Shown here: positions 31,070-42,175 of the stretch, in pieces
Numbering within the stretch: the stretch's first letter is position 1
How the letters are laid out: each line of letters opens with the position of its first letter
Notes under the pieces: generated by a model
Told to the model about the DNA's origin: nothing
Database searches by the model: none
Seen by the model: only the letters and a program-made list of their open reading frames with translations
Program-made: the position numbers and the translations under genes
Origin: an uncultured Paludibacter sp.
GTDB taxonomy: Bacteria > Bacteroidota > Bacteroidia > Bacteroidales > Paludibacteraceae
Length of the DNA stretch: 43,430 nt
Direction of reading: 5' to 3'
NCBI GenBank assembly: GCA_964414805.1
Contig: CAYPYZ010000001.1
Span: 1 to 43,430, forward strand

Positions 31070-32413
31070 ATGGTTGAAATGAAAACTGATTTCCAGGACT
31101 TAATTGCAAAAAAGGACTGGACAACCCTTAAGAAAAATCTTAACGCTTACGATTCTATAGAAATTGCCGAACTGATTGAGGACTGCTCGGAAGGGGAGGA
31201 AATTATCTTTTTTAGACTGCTTAATCGCATGCAGGCGAAAGAGGTGTTCCAACTACTTTCGCATGATGTGCAGGAACAAATTATTGAAGGTTTGGCCAAT
31301 AAAGTTCAAGCGCTTTCTAACTTATTAAATGATATTGAACCCGACGATAGAACGGCTTTTTTTGAGGAGCTACCGGGCACTGTCACACAGCGCCTGATGC
31401 AATTGCTATCTCCTGAAGAACGAAGTATTACTACCCAACTATTAGGCTATCCCGAAGATAGTATCGGACGATTGATGACTCCGGAATATGTGGTGGTAAA
31501 ACCTGAATATACTATAGATGACACCTTTAATCATATTAGAAAATTTGGTAGGGATTCGGAGACTTTGAATGTCATTTATATAGTGGATGAAAACTGGAAA
31601 TTGATTGATGATATACGCATCAAAGAACTGATTTTGGCACATCCCACTAAGTTGATTGCAGATTTGATGGATAATCGTTTTGTAGCTCTGAATGTTTTGG
31701 ATGACCAAGAAACAGCCATTAAAGCTTTTAGCGATTACGACAGGGTGGCTCTGCCTGTGGTGAACGATGAAGGCATCCTGTTGGGAATAGTAACGGTAGA
31801 CGATATCATGGACGTAGCGGAAGAAGAATCTACGGAAGACTTCCACAAATTCGGTTCTTTTCAATCAGCTATCGCAAACCCGCTAAAAGAAAGGTTTATA
31901 GACCTCTATAAAAATAGAATTGTTTGGCTGATGGTTTTGGTGTTTGTCAATGTATTTTCCGGCGCTGCCATTGCTAATTTTGAAGATGTTATCTCGACAG
32001 TAGTCTCCTTGGTATTCTTTTTACCTTTATTGATAGATAGCGGCGGCAATGCCGGATCGCAATCTGCAACTTTGATGATTCGTTCTTTGGCCATCGGGGA
32101 TGTAGAGCTATCCGACTGGTATAAATTAATAGGCAAAGAACTCTTGGTTTCTTTCTTCTTGGGTTTAAGCATGGCCTTAGGAGTGGCTGTCATTTCATGG
32201 TTCCGATCTCCGGAAATTATATGGGTAGCATCACTCACCATGGTATTGATAGTCATGACCGGCAGTATGATAGGCATGCTACTTCCCTTTATCTTTACCA
32301 AATTTAAACTCGACCCTGCAACGGCAAGTGCACCGCTAATTACATCTATTGCAGATATTTGTGGTGTGCTTATCTATTTTTCAATGGCAGCGTGGTTGTT
32401 ACCTACTATTTAA
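31070..32413 (+). CDS. mgtE: Magnesium transporter MgtE
   Basis: N domain, LGYPEDSIGRLMTPE, CBS pair, GIVTVDD, GGNAGSQ and DPATASAPLITSIAD motifs. Confidence 0.97.
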   Translation: MVEMKTDFQDLIAKKDWTTLKKNLNAYDSIEIAELIEDCSEGEEIIFFRLLNRMQAKEVFQLLSHDVQEQIIEGLANKVQALSNLLNDIEPDDRTAFFEELPGTVTQRLMQLLSPEERSITTQLLGYPEDSIGRLMTPEYVVVKPEYTIDDTFNHIRKFGRDSETLNVIYIVDENWKLIDDIRIKELILAHPTKLIADLMDNRFVALNVLDDQETAIKAFSDYDRVALPVVNDEGILLGIVTVDDIMDVAEEESTEDFHKFGSFQSAIANPLKERFIDLYKNRIVWLMVLVFVNVFSGAAIANFEDVISTVVSLVFFLPLLIDSGGNAGSQSATLMIRSLAIGDVELSDWYKLIGKELLVSFFLGLSMALGVAVISWFRSPEIIWVASLTMVLIVMTGSMIGMLLPFIFTKFKLDPATASAPLITSIADICGVLIYFSMAAWLLPTI

Positions 32414-32420
32414 AAATATA

Positions 32421-32462
32421 AACCGTGCAAAAGGTAAATTTTACTTTTTGCACGGTTATTTT
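32421..32462. terminator. Bidirectional terminator between mgtE and mutS
   Basis: 17-bp stem AACCGTGCAAAAGGTAA / TTACTTTTTGCACGGTT with one G-U pair, flanked by A/T tracts. Confidence 0.8.
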
Positions 32463-32491
32463 ATCTTTTGCATCATCTTATAAAATATTCG

Positions 32492-35104
32492 CTATTTAGT
32501 CTTGATAATACGCTTAATCTCATTCAGCTTATTCAATGCCTCAACAGGCGTCAAATTGTTGATATCCAAGTTTTGAATTTCATCCCTGATTTGCTCCAAA
32601 ACCGGATCGTCTAATTGGAAAAAGCTAAGTTGTAAACCTTCCCGCTGACCAGCAATTTCAGCTATAGGTTTAGCAATACCGGTTTGTCTGTTGTCTGTTT
32701 CTAATTGCTTAAGAATTTGATCGGCTCTTTTCACAATACTTTGAGGCATACCCGCCATTTTGGCAACATGAATACCGAAACTATGCTCGCTGCCACCCCT
32801 GACCAACTTCCGTAAGAAAATGATTTTTTTATCTATTTCTTTAACCGAAACATTGTAGTTCTTGATGCGATTGAAAGATTTTTCCATCTCATTCAATTCG
32901 TGATAATGCGTAGCAAAAAGGGTTTTAGCCTTGGCATGTGGATGTTCATGGATGTACTCAACTATAGCCCAAGCTATTGAAATACCATCATAAGTAGAAG
33001 TTCCCCTACCCAATTCATCAAATAAAATCAAACTTCTATTAGAGATATTATTCAAAATACTGGCGGCCTCATTCATCTCAACCATAAATGTAGACTCACC
33101 CTGTGATATATTATCACTGGCACCAACACGGGTAAATATCTTATCAACCACACCTATACTGGCACTTTCCGCAGGAACAAAACATCCAATCTGCGCTATC
33201 AAAGTAATGAGGGCAGTCTGACGTAATAAAGCAGATTTACCTGACATATTCGGACCGGTAACTATAATAACTTGTTGGGTAGTATCATCCAAATACACAT
33301 CATTGCTGATATAAGACTCACCTATAGGCAATTGCAATTCAATAACAGGATGTCGCCCTTGCTTAATATCAATAATATGGCTGTCGTTAATTGCCGGCCG
33401 GATATATTTATGTTCAGCAGAAACTTTCGCGAAAGATAACAAACAATCAATTTGTGCAATTAAATTAGCATTGAGCTGAATAGCAGTGATATAATCCACC
33501 AAACTTTGCACTAATTCTGCAAATAAGATAGTTTCCAAGTGTAGGATTTTCTCCTCAGCACCCAAAATCTTCTCCTCATATTCCTTTAATTCTTGCGTGA
33601 TATAGCGTTCAGCATTCACTAAAGTTTGCTTGCGCACCCAGCCTTCCGGAACTTTATCCTTATGCGTATTCCGAATTTCAATATAATAACCGAATACATT
33701 ATTATACCCGATTTTTAAACTTGGGATGCCGGTAAGTTTACTTTCCCGCTCTTGTATTTTCTGCAAATAGCTCTTACCTGAATGGGACAGATCTCTGAGT
33801 TCATCCAATTCAGCATTAACACCTTCCCTTATCACATGCCCTTTATTAATCATGGTTGGCGGATCGGGATGTATCTCTTTTTCGATTTTTTCAGCTATGA
33901 GCGGACAAGGATTTAATTGCTCAGCTAATTTATTCAATGCTGTATTATCAGCGTCAGCACAAAGATTCTTAATAGGCTCTATGGCTCTCAATGCTACTTT
34001 TAATTGCATTACCTCGCGCGGACTAATTCTTTCAACTGCCACTTTCGAGATGATACGTTCTAAATCACCCATCAACGCAATATTTTGCGTAAGCAAATCC
34101 TTGATTTCCGGATGTTTAAAAAAATATTCAACTACACCCAAACGCTCATTAATAGGTTGTACATCCTTTAAAGGAAAAGCTATCCAGCGTCGCATCAACC
34201 TTGCACCCATAGGGGAAATGGTCTTATCCAAGACTTGCACCAAGGTTTTGGCACCTTCATGTGGGGAGTTTAACAGCTCTAAATTATTGACAGTAAAGCG
34301 ATCCAACCAGACATACCTTTCTTCCTCAATACGTGATAAATGCGTGATATGCTCGGTTTGTTGATGTACGGTAATATCCAAATAATGCAAAGCTGCCCCT
34401 GCCGCCACAATGGCAAAAGGTAAATTTTCAACGCCAAAGCCTTTAAGCGTATGGGTTTCAAACTGTTTTAATAGTCGTTCTTCAGCAGTAACCGGAGTAA
34501 AAACCCAATCTTCCACCCCATAAGTAAAAAACTTATTACCAAAATTTTCTTCAAAAGCTTGCTTTTTATTCCTGTCGTATAAAACCTCTTTTGGAGCAAA
34601 ATTATTCAATAATTTATCAACGTACTCTATGGTTCCCTCCGCAATCAAAAACTCACCAGTGGATATATCCAAAAAAGCAACTCCGGCCATTTTTTTATCA
34701 AAATAGACAGAAGCTAAAAAATTGTTTTCCTTATGGCTAAGCGTGGTATCACTATAAGAAACACCGGGCGTAACTAATTCTACCACACCTCGTTTGACTA
34801 ATTTTTTAGTCAGTTTGGGATCCTCTAATTGCTCACAAATGGCTACTCTTTTTCCTGCACGGACTAACTTTGGCAAGTAAGTATCCAAGGCGTGATGTGG
34901 AAATCCGGCTAATTCTACACTTTTAGCAGCACCATTAGCACGGCGTGTCAAAGTAATACCGAGAATCTCAGAAGAAGTAATGGCATCTTCAGAAAAAGTC
35001 TCGTAAAAATCACCACAACGGAACAACAATATTGCATCTGGATGCTTCGATTTAATATCGAAATACTGTTTCATTAAAGGGGTTGTAGCAATTTCTTTTG
35101 CCAT
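32492..35104 (-). CDS. mutS: DNA mismatch repair protein MutS
   Basis: [38 protein letters not shown] and FATHYHEL motifs. Confidence 0.98.
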   Translation of the reverse strand: MAKEIATTPLMKQYFDIKSKHPDAILLFRCGDFYETFSEDAITSSEILGITLTRRANGAAKSVELAGFPHHALDTYLPKLVRAGKRVAICEQLEDPKLTKKLVKRGVVELVTPGVSYSDTTLSHKENNFLASVYFDKKMAGVAFLDISTGEFLIAEGTIEYVDKLLNNFAPKEVLYDRNKKQAFEENFGNKFFTYGVEDWVFTPVTAEERLLKQFETHTLKGFGVENLPFAIVAAGAALHYLDITVHQQTEHITHLSRIEEERYVWLDRFTVNNLELLNSPHEGAKTLVQVLDKTISPMGARLMRRWIAFPLKDVQPINERLGVVEYFFKHPEIKDLLTQNIALMGDLERIISKVAVERISPREVMQLKVALRAIEPIKNLCADADNTALNKLAEQLNPCPLIAEKIEKEIHPDPPTMINKGHVIREGVNAELDELRDLSHSGKSYLQKIQERESKLTGIPSLKIGYNNVFGYYIEIRNTHKDKVPEGWVRKQTLVNAERYITQELKEYEEKILGAEEKILHLETILFAELVQSLVDYITAIQLNANLIAQIDCLLSFAKVSAEHKYIRPAINDSHIIDIKQGRHPVIELQLPIGESYISNDVYLDDTTQQVIIVTGPNMSGKSALLRQTALITLIAQIGCFVPAESASIGVVDKIFTRVGASDNISQGESTFMVEMNEAASILNNISNRSLILFDELGRGTSTYDGISIAWAIVEYIHEHPHAKAKTLFATHYHELNEMEKSFNRIKNYNVSVKEIDKKIIFLRKLVRGGSEHSFGIHVAKMAGMPQSIVKRADQILKQLETDNRQTGIAKPIAEIAGQREGLQLSFFQLDDPVLEQIRDEIQNLDINNLTPVEALNKLNEIKRIIKTK

Positions 35105-35122
35105 TATTGATATATTTTAAAA

Positions 35123-36241
35123 TTATAAACTATTGATGGTTGCGGTCATCTGCGACCAAGCATATTTTTTCTTCTCTTCCTGTATGTTTTCCACAAATGC
35201 TTCTTTACGCTTATTGGCATAAAAATCAACCAAAGCATCTGCAATTTTTGCTGGGTCTACATTTACCACATAGCCGACTTTATTATGCGGCACTATCTCC
35301 GCCAATCCACCTACATCCGTTACTAATATGGGCGTATCAAAATGATAAGCTATCTGGCTAACCCCACTTTGTGTAGCAGAACGATAAGGTTGTGCTACCA
35401 TATCAGCAAGGCTAAAGTAATATTTTATAGCATCATCTGCAATAAACTCAGTGCGCAATTCAACAAAATTTACGATTTGCATACCCTCTATAAGCTCCAA
35501 ATAGGTTTTTTCATCCTCATAAAATTCCCCTGCAATAATTAACTTTACAGGAAATTGGCGTAATCTCTCATCAGCAAAAGCTTGAATTAGTAAATCCAAA
35601 CCTTTGTAATGCCTTATGAAACCAAAGAACATAATGTAGTTAAAAGCCGGATCTAAGCCCAATTCATTAGCAGCAATGGCACGATTTACCTTATCTCCAT
35701 AATGATCGTAAAGCGGATGTGGAGAAACTAATTTAGGAATATTATGCTTATCAAACTTATTGATATCCTGCACTACAGCTTGCGCCATAGCCAAAAAACC
35801 ATCCATGGCATTGACAAAATATCCTGAAAAGAGTTTATCTAAAATGGTAGGCTCATGCGGAATCATATTGTGTATAAGTCCGATAGTTTTAGTGCTATCA
35901 GATTTAGAATTTCGAGCAATATAGCCAAAACAAGGAGCCATAAACGACATCCAATAGCAGAAAATAATTTTATCCGGTTTTTGCTTTTGGATATATTTTG
36001 CAGTTTTTATCCATGAAAAGGGATTGACAGCATTGATCAACCTTTTAATATTCAGATGGGTAGGATATGGTGCATCTGTATATTGCGTTTTGCCAGGAAA
36101 CAGAAAATTAGGATATTGCAAACTGAATGTAATCATTTCCACTTCATGCCCTTCATCTTGGAATTGCTTAGCCAATCTTTCGTTGAATGCCGCAAGTCCG
36201 CCCCTATATGGATAAGCTGTTCCTACAATGATGATACGCAT
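35123..36241 (-). CDS. Family 4 (GT-B) glycosyltransferase
   Basis: PYRGG, FFGFIRHYKGLD, PYRSATQSGV and TDVGGLAE motifs; -7 box TAAATTTG on - at 36273-36280. Confidence 0.9.
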   Translation of the reverse strand: MRIIIVGTAYPYRGGLAAFNERLAKQFQDEGHEVEMITFSLQYPNFLFPGKTQYTDAPYPTHLNIKRLINAVNPFSWIKTAKYIQKQKPDKIIFCYWMSFMAPCFGYIARNSKSDSTKTIGLIHNMIPHEPTILDKLFSGYFVNAMDGFLAMAQAVVQDINKFDKHNIPKLVSPHPLYDHYGDKVNRAIAANELGLDPAFNYIMFFGFIRHYKGLDLLIQAFADERLRQFPVKLIIAGEFYEDEKTYLELIEGMQIVNFVELRTEFIADDAIKYYFSLADMVAQPYRSATQSGVSQIAYHFDTPILVTDVGGLAEIVPHNKVGYVVNVDPAKIADALVDFYANKRKEAFVENIQEEKKKYAWSQMTATINSL

Positions 36242-36353
36242 GATGTTTGTAAATTTTATTCCTGCAAAGATGCAAATTTAAAAGAAATTACTCAAAAATT
36301 TGATTTCCTGATAAAAAATCACTTAATTTGCATGGAAAATAAATAAGTTATAT

Positions 36354-36524
36354 ATGAAAACCCTCTTAAAATATTTAGGCCCTATTATTTTATTGATTGG
36401 TGCTATTTTGTTAGCAGTGTATTACTTTACAGCTACAGCTTCTAATAATTTGTTGATTGCCGCCGGTGCTTTGATGGTAGTGGGAGTTATTGCCCATATG
36501 GTAATCAATAAACTCATCGATTAA
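36354..36524 (+). CDS. Small two-TM membrane protein (56 aa), not in the ORF track
   Basis: MKTLLKYLGPIILLIGAILLAVYYFTATASNNLLIAAGALMVVGVIAHMVINKLID; A-rich upstream tract; fills the gap between the GT4 gene and metH. Confidence 0.8.
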   Translation: MKTLLKYLGPIILLIGAILLAVYYFTATASNNLLIAAGALMVVGVIAHMVINKLID

Positions 36525-36564
36525 TTACGATACTGCATAGTTTTACCTCATGCTACAAGCCGAA

Positions 36565-39306
36565 TCAAAACAGATTTGGCTTGTGTTTTTGTGCTTGATC
36601 AAAGGGCAAAATCTTGACATTATTGGTCTGTTTCTCCCTTAACTGCTCATATTCCCTATTTAAATTTCCTATAAAAGAAGCTTGCGTATTCGGATTCATC
36701 AATTGCGATACGATTTGCGTATTGACTGAAGCATCTTTTACATAAACTACCGGTCCACTGTAGTTGGGAGCAATTTTCACTGCCGTATGTAATTTAGAAG
36801 TAGTTGCACCCCCAATAAACAAAGGTATCTTCAATCCTGCTTTTTCCATAGCTGCAGCTACCACCGTCATTTCTTCCAAAGAAGGCGTAATCAACCCGCT
36901 CACACCCAATATATCCACTTTTTCTTTGATTGCTGTTTCTATCAGTTTTTCGGTGGGTACCATCACACCTAAATCTATGACTTCATAATTATTACAACCC
37001 AAAACCACCGCTACTATGTTCTTTCCAATATCATGCACATCCCCTTTTACAGTAGCAATCAAGAATTTCCCTGCGGAAGAACTTTGTCCGGGTACTTTTC
37101 CGGCTTCAATATAAGGCTGCAAAAAGGCCACAGCCCTTTTCATAGTTCGGGCAGTCTTGACTACCTGCGGTAAAAACATTTTCCCTGAACCAAATAACTC
37201 ACCCACTATATTCATCCCACTCATCAAAGGCTGTTCAATGATATCCAATGCAGTTGGATATTGCTCTAAAGCTTCTTGCAAGTCCTCTTCTAAGTATTCA
37301 CTGATGCCCTTAATCAAGGCATGCTCTAAACGCGATTGCAAATCTCCCGAACGCCAAGCATCTTGTTGTTTGATTGTAGTATCTCGGTCTGTAGCATCTG
37401 TTTTTACCTTTTGCGCATAGACAATCATACGCTCGGTAGCATCCGGTCTGCGGTTCAACACCACATCCTCTACATACGCCAATAAGTCTTTGGGTATCTC
37501 CTCATAAATTTGCAGCATACCGGCATTCACTATACCCATATCCATACCTGCCTGAATAGCATGGTATAAGAAGACCGAGTGCATAGCTTCCCGTACGATA
37601 TTGTTGCCGCGGAAAGAAAAAGACAAATTACTAATGCCGCCACTGACCCGTGCAAAAGGTAAATTTGCTTTAATCCAACGTGTAGTATCTATGAAGTCAA
37701 CCGCATAATGACTGTGCTCTTCTATGCCTGTCGCAATGGGTAAAATATTAGGATCGAAAATAATATCTTGTGGAGGAAAATTGGCTTTTTCAGTCAGTAA
37801 ACGGTAAGATCTTTCGCAAATCTCTATTCTCCTTGCGAAAGTATCAGCTTGACCCGCCTCATCGAAAGCCATAACTACCACAGCAGCTCCATAAGCACGA
37901 ATTTGTTTGGCCTTTTCTATAAAGTCGGCTTCCCCCTCTTTCAAACTGATGGAATTAACTACGCATTTGCCTTGTACGCATTTCAAACCGGCTTCTATGA
38001 CTTCCCATTTGGAGGAATCTATCATGATGGGAACCTTAGAAATTTCCGGTTCAGATACTATATAATTGAGGAAAGTAGTCATCTCCTGCACAGCATCCAA
38101 CATGGCATCATCCATATTGATGTCTATGATTTGTGCACCATCTGCAACTTGCTCCCGTGCAATGGTTATAGCTTCCTCATATTGCTTGTTATTAATTAAG
38201 CGCAAAAACTTTTTGGAACCGGCCACATTGCATCTTTCTCCTATATTGACAAATAGCGAATCTGGTTTAACAGCCAATTGTTCTAAGCCTGATAAATACA
38301 GCGTTCCTGCGTCATTTTTATCATTTGCAGGGGTGCGCAAATCAGCAAATTTTACCATTTGCGTATAGGCGGCAATATGTTCGGGTGTAGTACCGCAGCA
38401 ACCACCAATGATATTGACCAAGCCTTCATCTATAAACTCTTGGACTTGTGCGGCCATGGTTTCCGGGCTTTCATCATATTCCCCAAACTGATTGGGTAGT
38501 CCGGCATTGGGATACACACTGATATAATGCTCACTATATTTTGCAATTTCTTGTAAATACGGCTTTAAATCCTTGGCACCAAAAGAGCAGTTCAACCCTA
38601 TGGATAAAATATCCGCATGCGCTACTGAAGTCATGAATGCACGGATGGTCTGACCCGATAAAGTCCTGCCACTCTTATCCGTAACCGTTACAGACAACAT
38701 CAACTCCACCTTTTTGCCGGCTGTCAGCATCGCTTGATTTGCAGCATAAATAGCAGCTTTGGCATTCAAGGTATCAAATATCGTTTCAATCAACAAGGCA
38801 TCCACGCCTCCTTCTATCAGAGCCAACATTTGCTCATGATAAGCATCCACCAATTGATCGAAAGTAATGGCACGAAAAGCAGGATTATTAACATCCGGAG
38901 ATAGCGAAGCAGTTTTATTGGTAGGACCGATAGCCCCAGCCACAAAGCGCGGTTTATCAGGCGTTTTGGCCGTATAAGCATCCGCTGCTTTTCTTGCCAA
39001 ACGGGCCGCTTCAAAATTGATTTCGCGTACCTGCGCTTGCATACCATAATCCTCCATAGAGATGCGCTGCGCATTGAAAGTATTGGTTTCTATAATGTCG
39101 GCACCCACCTCCAAATACTGCGTATGAATGGCATGAATAATATCGGGTTGCGTCAGTACCAACAAATCATTATTTCCCTTTTGTGGAAAGGCCACATCTG
39201 CAAAGCGACTACCACGGTAATCGCTTTCTTGCAGTTTATAACGCTGGATCATAGTGCCCATGGCACCATCCAAAATCAATATACGTTCTTGTAAAAGGGA
39301 TTTCAT
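36565..39306 (-). CDS. metH: B12-dependent methionine synthase lacking the C-terminal AdoMet reactivation domain
   Basis: LDGAMGT, GLNCS, GGCCGT, pterin-domain [10 protein letters not shown] and DVHDIGKN cobalamin motifs; ends at 913 aa. Confidence 0.95.
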   Translation of the reverse strand: MKSLLQERILILDGAMGTMIQRYKLQESDYRGSRFADVAFPQKGNNDLLVLTQPDIIHAIHTQYLEVGADIIETNTFNAQRISMEDYGMQAQVREINFEAARLARKAADAYTAKTPDKPRFVAGAIGPTNKTASLSPDVNNPAFRAITFDQLVDAYHEQMLALIEGGVDALLIETIFDTLNAKAAIYAANQAMLTAGKKVELMLSVTVTDKSGRTLSGQTIRAFMTSVAHADILSIGLNCSFGAKDLKPYLQEIAKYSEHYISVYPNAGLPNQFGEYDESPETMAAQVQEFIDEGLVNIIGGCCGTTPEHIAAYTQMVKFADLRTPANDKNDAGTLYLSGLEQLAVKPDSLFVNIGERCNVAGSKKFLRLINNKQYEEAITIAREQVADGAQIIDINMDDAMLDAVQEMTTFLNYIVSEPEISKVPIMIDSSKWEVIEAGLKCVQGKCVVNSISLKEGEADFIEKAKQIRAYGAAVVVMAFDEAGQADTFARRIEICERSYRLLTEKANFPPQDIIFDPNILPIATGIEEHSHYAVDFIDTTRWIKANLPFARVSGGISNLSFSFRGNNIVREAMHSVFLYHAIQAGMDMGIVNAGMLQIYEEIPKDLLAYVEDVVLNRRPDATERMIVYAQKVKTDATDRDTTIKQQDAWRSGDLQSRLEHALIKGISEYLEEDLQEALEQYPTALDIIEQPLMSGMNIVGELFGSGKMFLPQVVKTARTMKRAVAFLQPYIEAGKVPGQSSSAGKFLIATVKGDVHDIGKNIVAVVLGCNNYEVIDLGVMVPTEKLIETAIKEKVDILGVSGLITPSLEEMTVVAAAMEKAGLKIPLFIGGATTSKLHTAVKIAPNYSGPVVYVKDASVNTQIVSQLMNPNTQASFIGNLNREYEQLREKQTNNVKILPFDQAQKHKPNLF

Positions 39307-39348
39307 CTTAAATAATTACATAGAAAACCAATGCATAAAAGCTATGAT

Positions 39349-40875
39349 TTAGAATTTCAACAATCCTTTACCCGTCATCTCGGCAGGTTGCGGGATATCT
39401 AAAATCTGACAAACCGAAGGCGCTACATCGGCTAAAATACCATTTGTAACGGCGGCATCCGGACGTTGTGTTACATAAACAATAGGCACAGGATTCAGTG
39501 AGTGCGCAGTATTGGGCGAGCCATCGGGATTGATTGCATTGTCAGCATTACCATGGTCGGCAATGATAATCACCTCATAATCATTGGCAACAGCCGTTTC
39601 AACTACTTTTCCTACACATTCATCCACCGTAGCCACAGCTTTCTCAATGGCCTCATACACACCTGTATGTCCCACCATATCGCCATTGGCATAGTTCAGA
39701 CAAATAAAATCAAATTTCTTTTTATTCAATTCAGCAATTAAAGCATCTGTAATGCCGTAAGCCGACATTTCAGGTTGTAAATCGTAGGTAGCCACTTTTG
39801 GTGAAGGGATTAAAATACGCTCCTCGCCTTTATATTCAGCTTCTCTACCTCCTGAAAAGAAGAAGGTTACGTGTGGGAATTTCTCAGTTTCAGCAATGCG
39901 TAATTGGGTCATACCCAAATTTGAAAGATATTCACCCAAAGTATTATCCACATTATTTTTCCCAAATAAGATATTCATTCCTTTAAAAGAAGAATCGTAG
40001 GGAGTCATGGTGTAATACTCCAACGGAATAATGGAAGTACCATAATCCGGCATATCTTCTTGCGTAAGCATGATAGTCAGTTCCTTAGCCCTATCATTGC
40101 GGAAGTTGTAGAACACAATCACATCCCCGGCTTCGATGGTGGCAGTAGGATTTCCTTGATCATCAGTGATCACAACGGGTTTGATAAATTCGTCGGTTAC
40201 GCCCGCTTCATAAGACGCTTTGACTGCCTCAATAGGGTTAGTGCTTTTGCTACCTTCGCCTTTAACCAATAAATCATAGGCCAATTTCACCCTTTCCCAT
40301 CTCTTATCGCGGTCCATAGAGTAATAGCGACCAATCACCGAAGCGATTTTTCCGGAGCTATCTTTCATATGTTTTTCCAATTGTTCCAAATAGCCCACAC
40401 CGCTTTTGGGATCGGTATCGCGACCATCCATAAAGCAATGCACATAGGCCTGATCGATGCCATAAACTTTGGCAATATCTAAAAGTTTAAACAGATGTTC
40501 CAAAGAAGAATGCACGCCACCGTCAGAAACCAATCCAAGGAAGTGCATTTTTTTATGATGCTTTTTGGCATAAGTATAAGCGTTGATAATCTCCGGATTT
40601 TTCAAGATGCTGTTATCGCGGCAAGCCATGTTAATCTTTACTAAATCTTGATACACCACCCTTCCGGCACCGATATTCAGGTGACCCACTTCCGAATTAC
40701 CCATTTGTCCATCAGGTAAACCCACATTTTCGCCAGAAGCCAAGAGATAAGAATTTGGATAAGTTGCGACTAATTTATCCCAGTTTGGAGTTGGAGTTGA
40801 AGCAATTACGTCGGCCTTTGAGCCGTTGCCAATACCCCAACCATCAAGAATCATCAATAAAGTTTGTTTTTTCAT
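39349..40875 (-). CDS. gpmI: 2,3-bisphosphoglycerate-independent phosphoglycerate mutase
   Basis: [37 protein letters not shown] and ADHGN motifs. ATG 40875 preferred; -7 box TAAATTTG on - at 40928-40935. Confidence 0.97.
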   Translation of the reverse strand: MKKQTLLMILDGWGIGNGSKADVIASTPTPNWDKLVATYPNSYLLASGENVGLPDGQMGNSEVGHLNIGAGRVVYQDLVKINMACRDNSILKNPEIINAYTYAKKHHKKMHFLGLVSDGGVHSSLEHLFKLLDIAKVYGIDQAYVHCFMDGRDTDPKSGVGYLEQLEKHMKDSSGKIASVIGRYYSMDRDKRWERVKLAYDLLVKGEGSKSTNPIEAVKASYEAGVTDEFIKPVVITDDQGNPTATIEAGDVIVFYNFRNDRAKELTIMLTQEDMPDYGTSIIPLEYYTMTPYDSSFKGMNILFGKNNVDNTLGEYLSNLGMTQLRIAETEKFPHVTFFFSGGREAEYKGEERILIPSPKVATYDLQPEMSAYGITDALIAELNKKKFDFICLNYANGDMVGHTGVYEAIEKAVATVDECVGKVVETAVANDYEVIIIADHGNADNAINPDGSPNTAHSLNPVPIVYVTQRPDAAVTNGILADVAPSVCQILDIPQPAEMTGKGLLKF

Positions 40876-40984
40876 ATTGTTTTTGAATTGTAAATTTTGA
40901 ATCAAATTAGGAGTTAAAAATAGTTTGCAAATTTACAAGAAAAAATCCACAATCTGCATATAATGCATTGCATCAATAATCTTA

Positions 40985-41090
40985 AGGACGCAATGTGATT
41001 TACCGTGAGATTTATCTTGCGGTAAAAATAACAGCTAACAAGCTCTCCGCCCGTAGTGGCGGTACAATCAATTATTTCATTAAAAAGCAG
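40985..41090 (+). repeat. Repeat A copy 1 (~106 bp, two hairpins)
   Basis: Aligns without gaps to 42265-42370 (offset 1280). Shared blocks: AGGACGC.ATGTGATT, AGATTTATCTTGCGGTAAAAA and CTCCGCCCGTAGTGGCGG. Confidence 0.9.
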
Positions 41091-41127
41091 TATAAGAATT
41101 TTTAATCTTTCTATTCGGATCTTCCTT

Positions 41128-41395
41128 TTTGGCTTGACCCAAATCTTCATTTTTTTGTCTTGACACAAATAATGAAGCAAAAAAAGTCAATTCTATTACC
41201 ACACTTTTTTCTTGACAAAAAAGTGTGCAAAAAGTCAAGACTGCGCCGGCTTCGCTCATAAAATTGGCGTTCGAAATGCTAAATCGTTCAAACTCGCAAC
41301 TGCGTTGCTCAAACAAGAACGATTTTTAACGCATTTCTCACTGATTTTATGGCTCACCCGACGAGGTCGGGAGAGGGCGTTGTGCGGTTGAATAT
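41128..41395 (+). repeat. Repeat B copy 1: three CTTGAC-loop hairpins followed by a nested multi-stem element
   Basis: Stems are listed in the findings; 41264-41395 is homologous to 42713-42846. Confidence 0.8.
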
Positions 41396-41477
41396 AGTAT
41401 CAGATTTATGAAAATGGTTTCACAGATGAAATAGTTTTGTAGTAATTACAAACAAATGACTTGCAAATACAGCTGAC

Positions 41478-41894
41478 TTAAACAGCAATCAATTCCTTAC
41501 CGAGTTGGTGTAAAGCTTTCTTAATTTCTTGGATTCGTTTTGCAGACGGGTTTTTAATGCCATAAATATATTTTGCCAAAAGGCTTTTATTGATGCCTAT
41601 TGAACGTGCCACTTCCGAGACATTCAATTGAGGAAACAGGCTGAATATTCGGGCTATTTCATTTGCATAATTCGGTTCTTTTGTCTCAAAAAAACTACTA
41701 ATATGGATATCTTCATCTATATTCTCCCAACGAATATCATCGCCAAAACGACCAATTTGAAATTGATTACGGTCATTTTCATTGGCATCCTTCAATCTTG
41801 GAAAAGCCTCTAAGGGACGGCTATAAACCTTTTCATTGGATGTTTGTATATAAATCCGCTCATCTGCAAACCAAATTTTCTTAATTGTTTCCAT
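41478..41894 (-). CDS. DUF2442 domain + HTH protein, putative antitoxin
   Basis: FPRLKDA...RNQF......DIRWENIDEDI (DUF2442-like) and LNVSEVARSIGINKSLLAKYIYGIK (HTH). Confidence 0.8.
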   Translation of the reverse strand: METIKKIWFADERIYIQTSNEKVYSRPLEAFPRLKDANENDRNQFQIGRFGDDIRWENIDEDIHISSFFETKEPNYANEIARIFSLFPQLNVSEVARSIGINKSLLAKYIYGIKNPSAKRIQEIKKALHQLGKELIAV

Positions 41895-41918
41895 AACTTT
41901 AGCTTTAAATTATTATCA

Positions 41919-42155
41919 TTATTCATCGTGAAACTCCTTCCATTTTGTAATAATTTCATTTTTGTAGATTTCGATAATATTCATAGCTTTTTTAAGATCC
42001 TGTTGTTTAATTCCTTTGTTATAAACTAGCTCTATATGAGGTTCAATATTTATCTTTGCTCTTCCGTCTCCATTTTCAATATGAATATGAATTGGTAAAT
42101 GTTCGTCTGCATAAAAGTAAAAGCGTAAACCAAAAATAATAAATAGTGTAGGCAT
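41919..42155 (-). CDS. DUF4160 protein, putative HicA-like toxin
   Basis: MPTLFIIFGLRFYFYADEHLPIHIHI...W.EFH pattern. Start placed at ATG 42155 (or 42161) because the -7 box overlaps the ORF-track start at 42176. Confidence 0.82.
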   Translation of the reverse strand: MPTLFIIFGLRFYFYADEHLPIHIHIENGDGRAKINIEPHIELVYNKGIKQQDLKKAMNIIEIYKNEIITKWKEFHDE

Positions 42156-42175
42156 GGTCATTATATTAAACACCA

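Noticed and set aside
39944-39952. Perfect DnaA box TTATCCACA
   Set aside because: A single copy inside gpmI, far from dnaA and compatible with chance.
26057-40272. Long antisense ORFs within ftsH, mgtE, mutS, metH and gpmI
   Set aside because: They are shadow frames of conserved genes with no independent evidence.
40914-41316. ORFs 40914-41180 and 41080-41316
   Set aside because: They are translations of repeats A and B. The shared peptide FEQRSCEF with ORF 42526-42807 reflects the DNA repeat.
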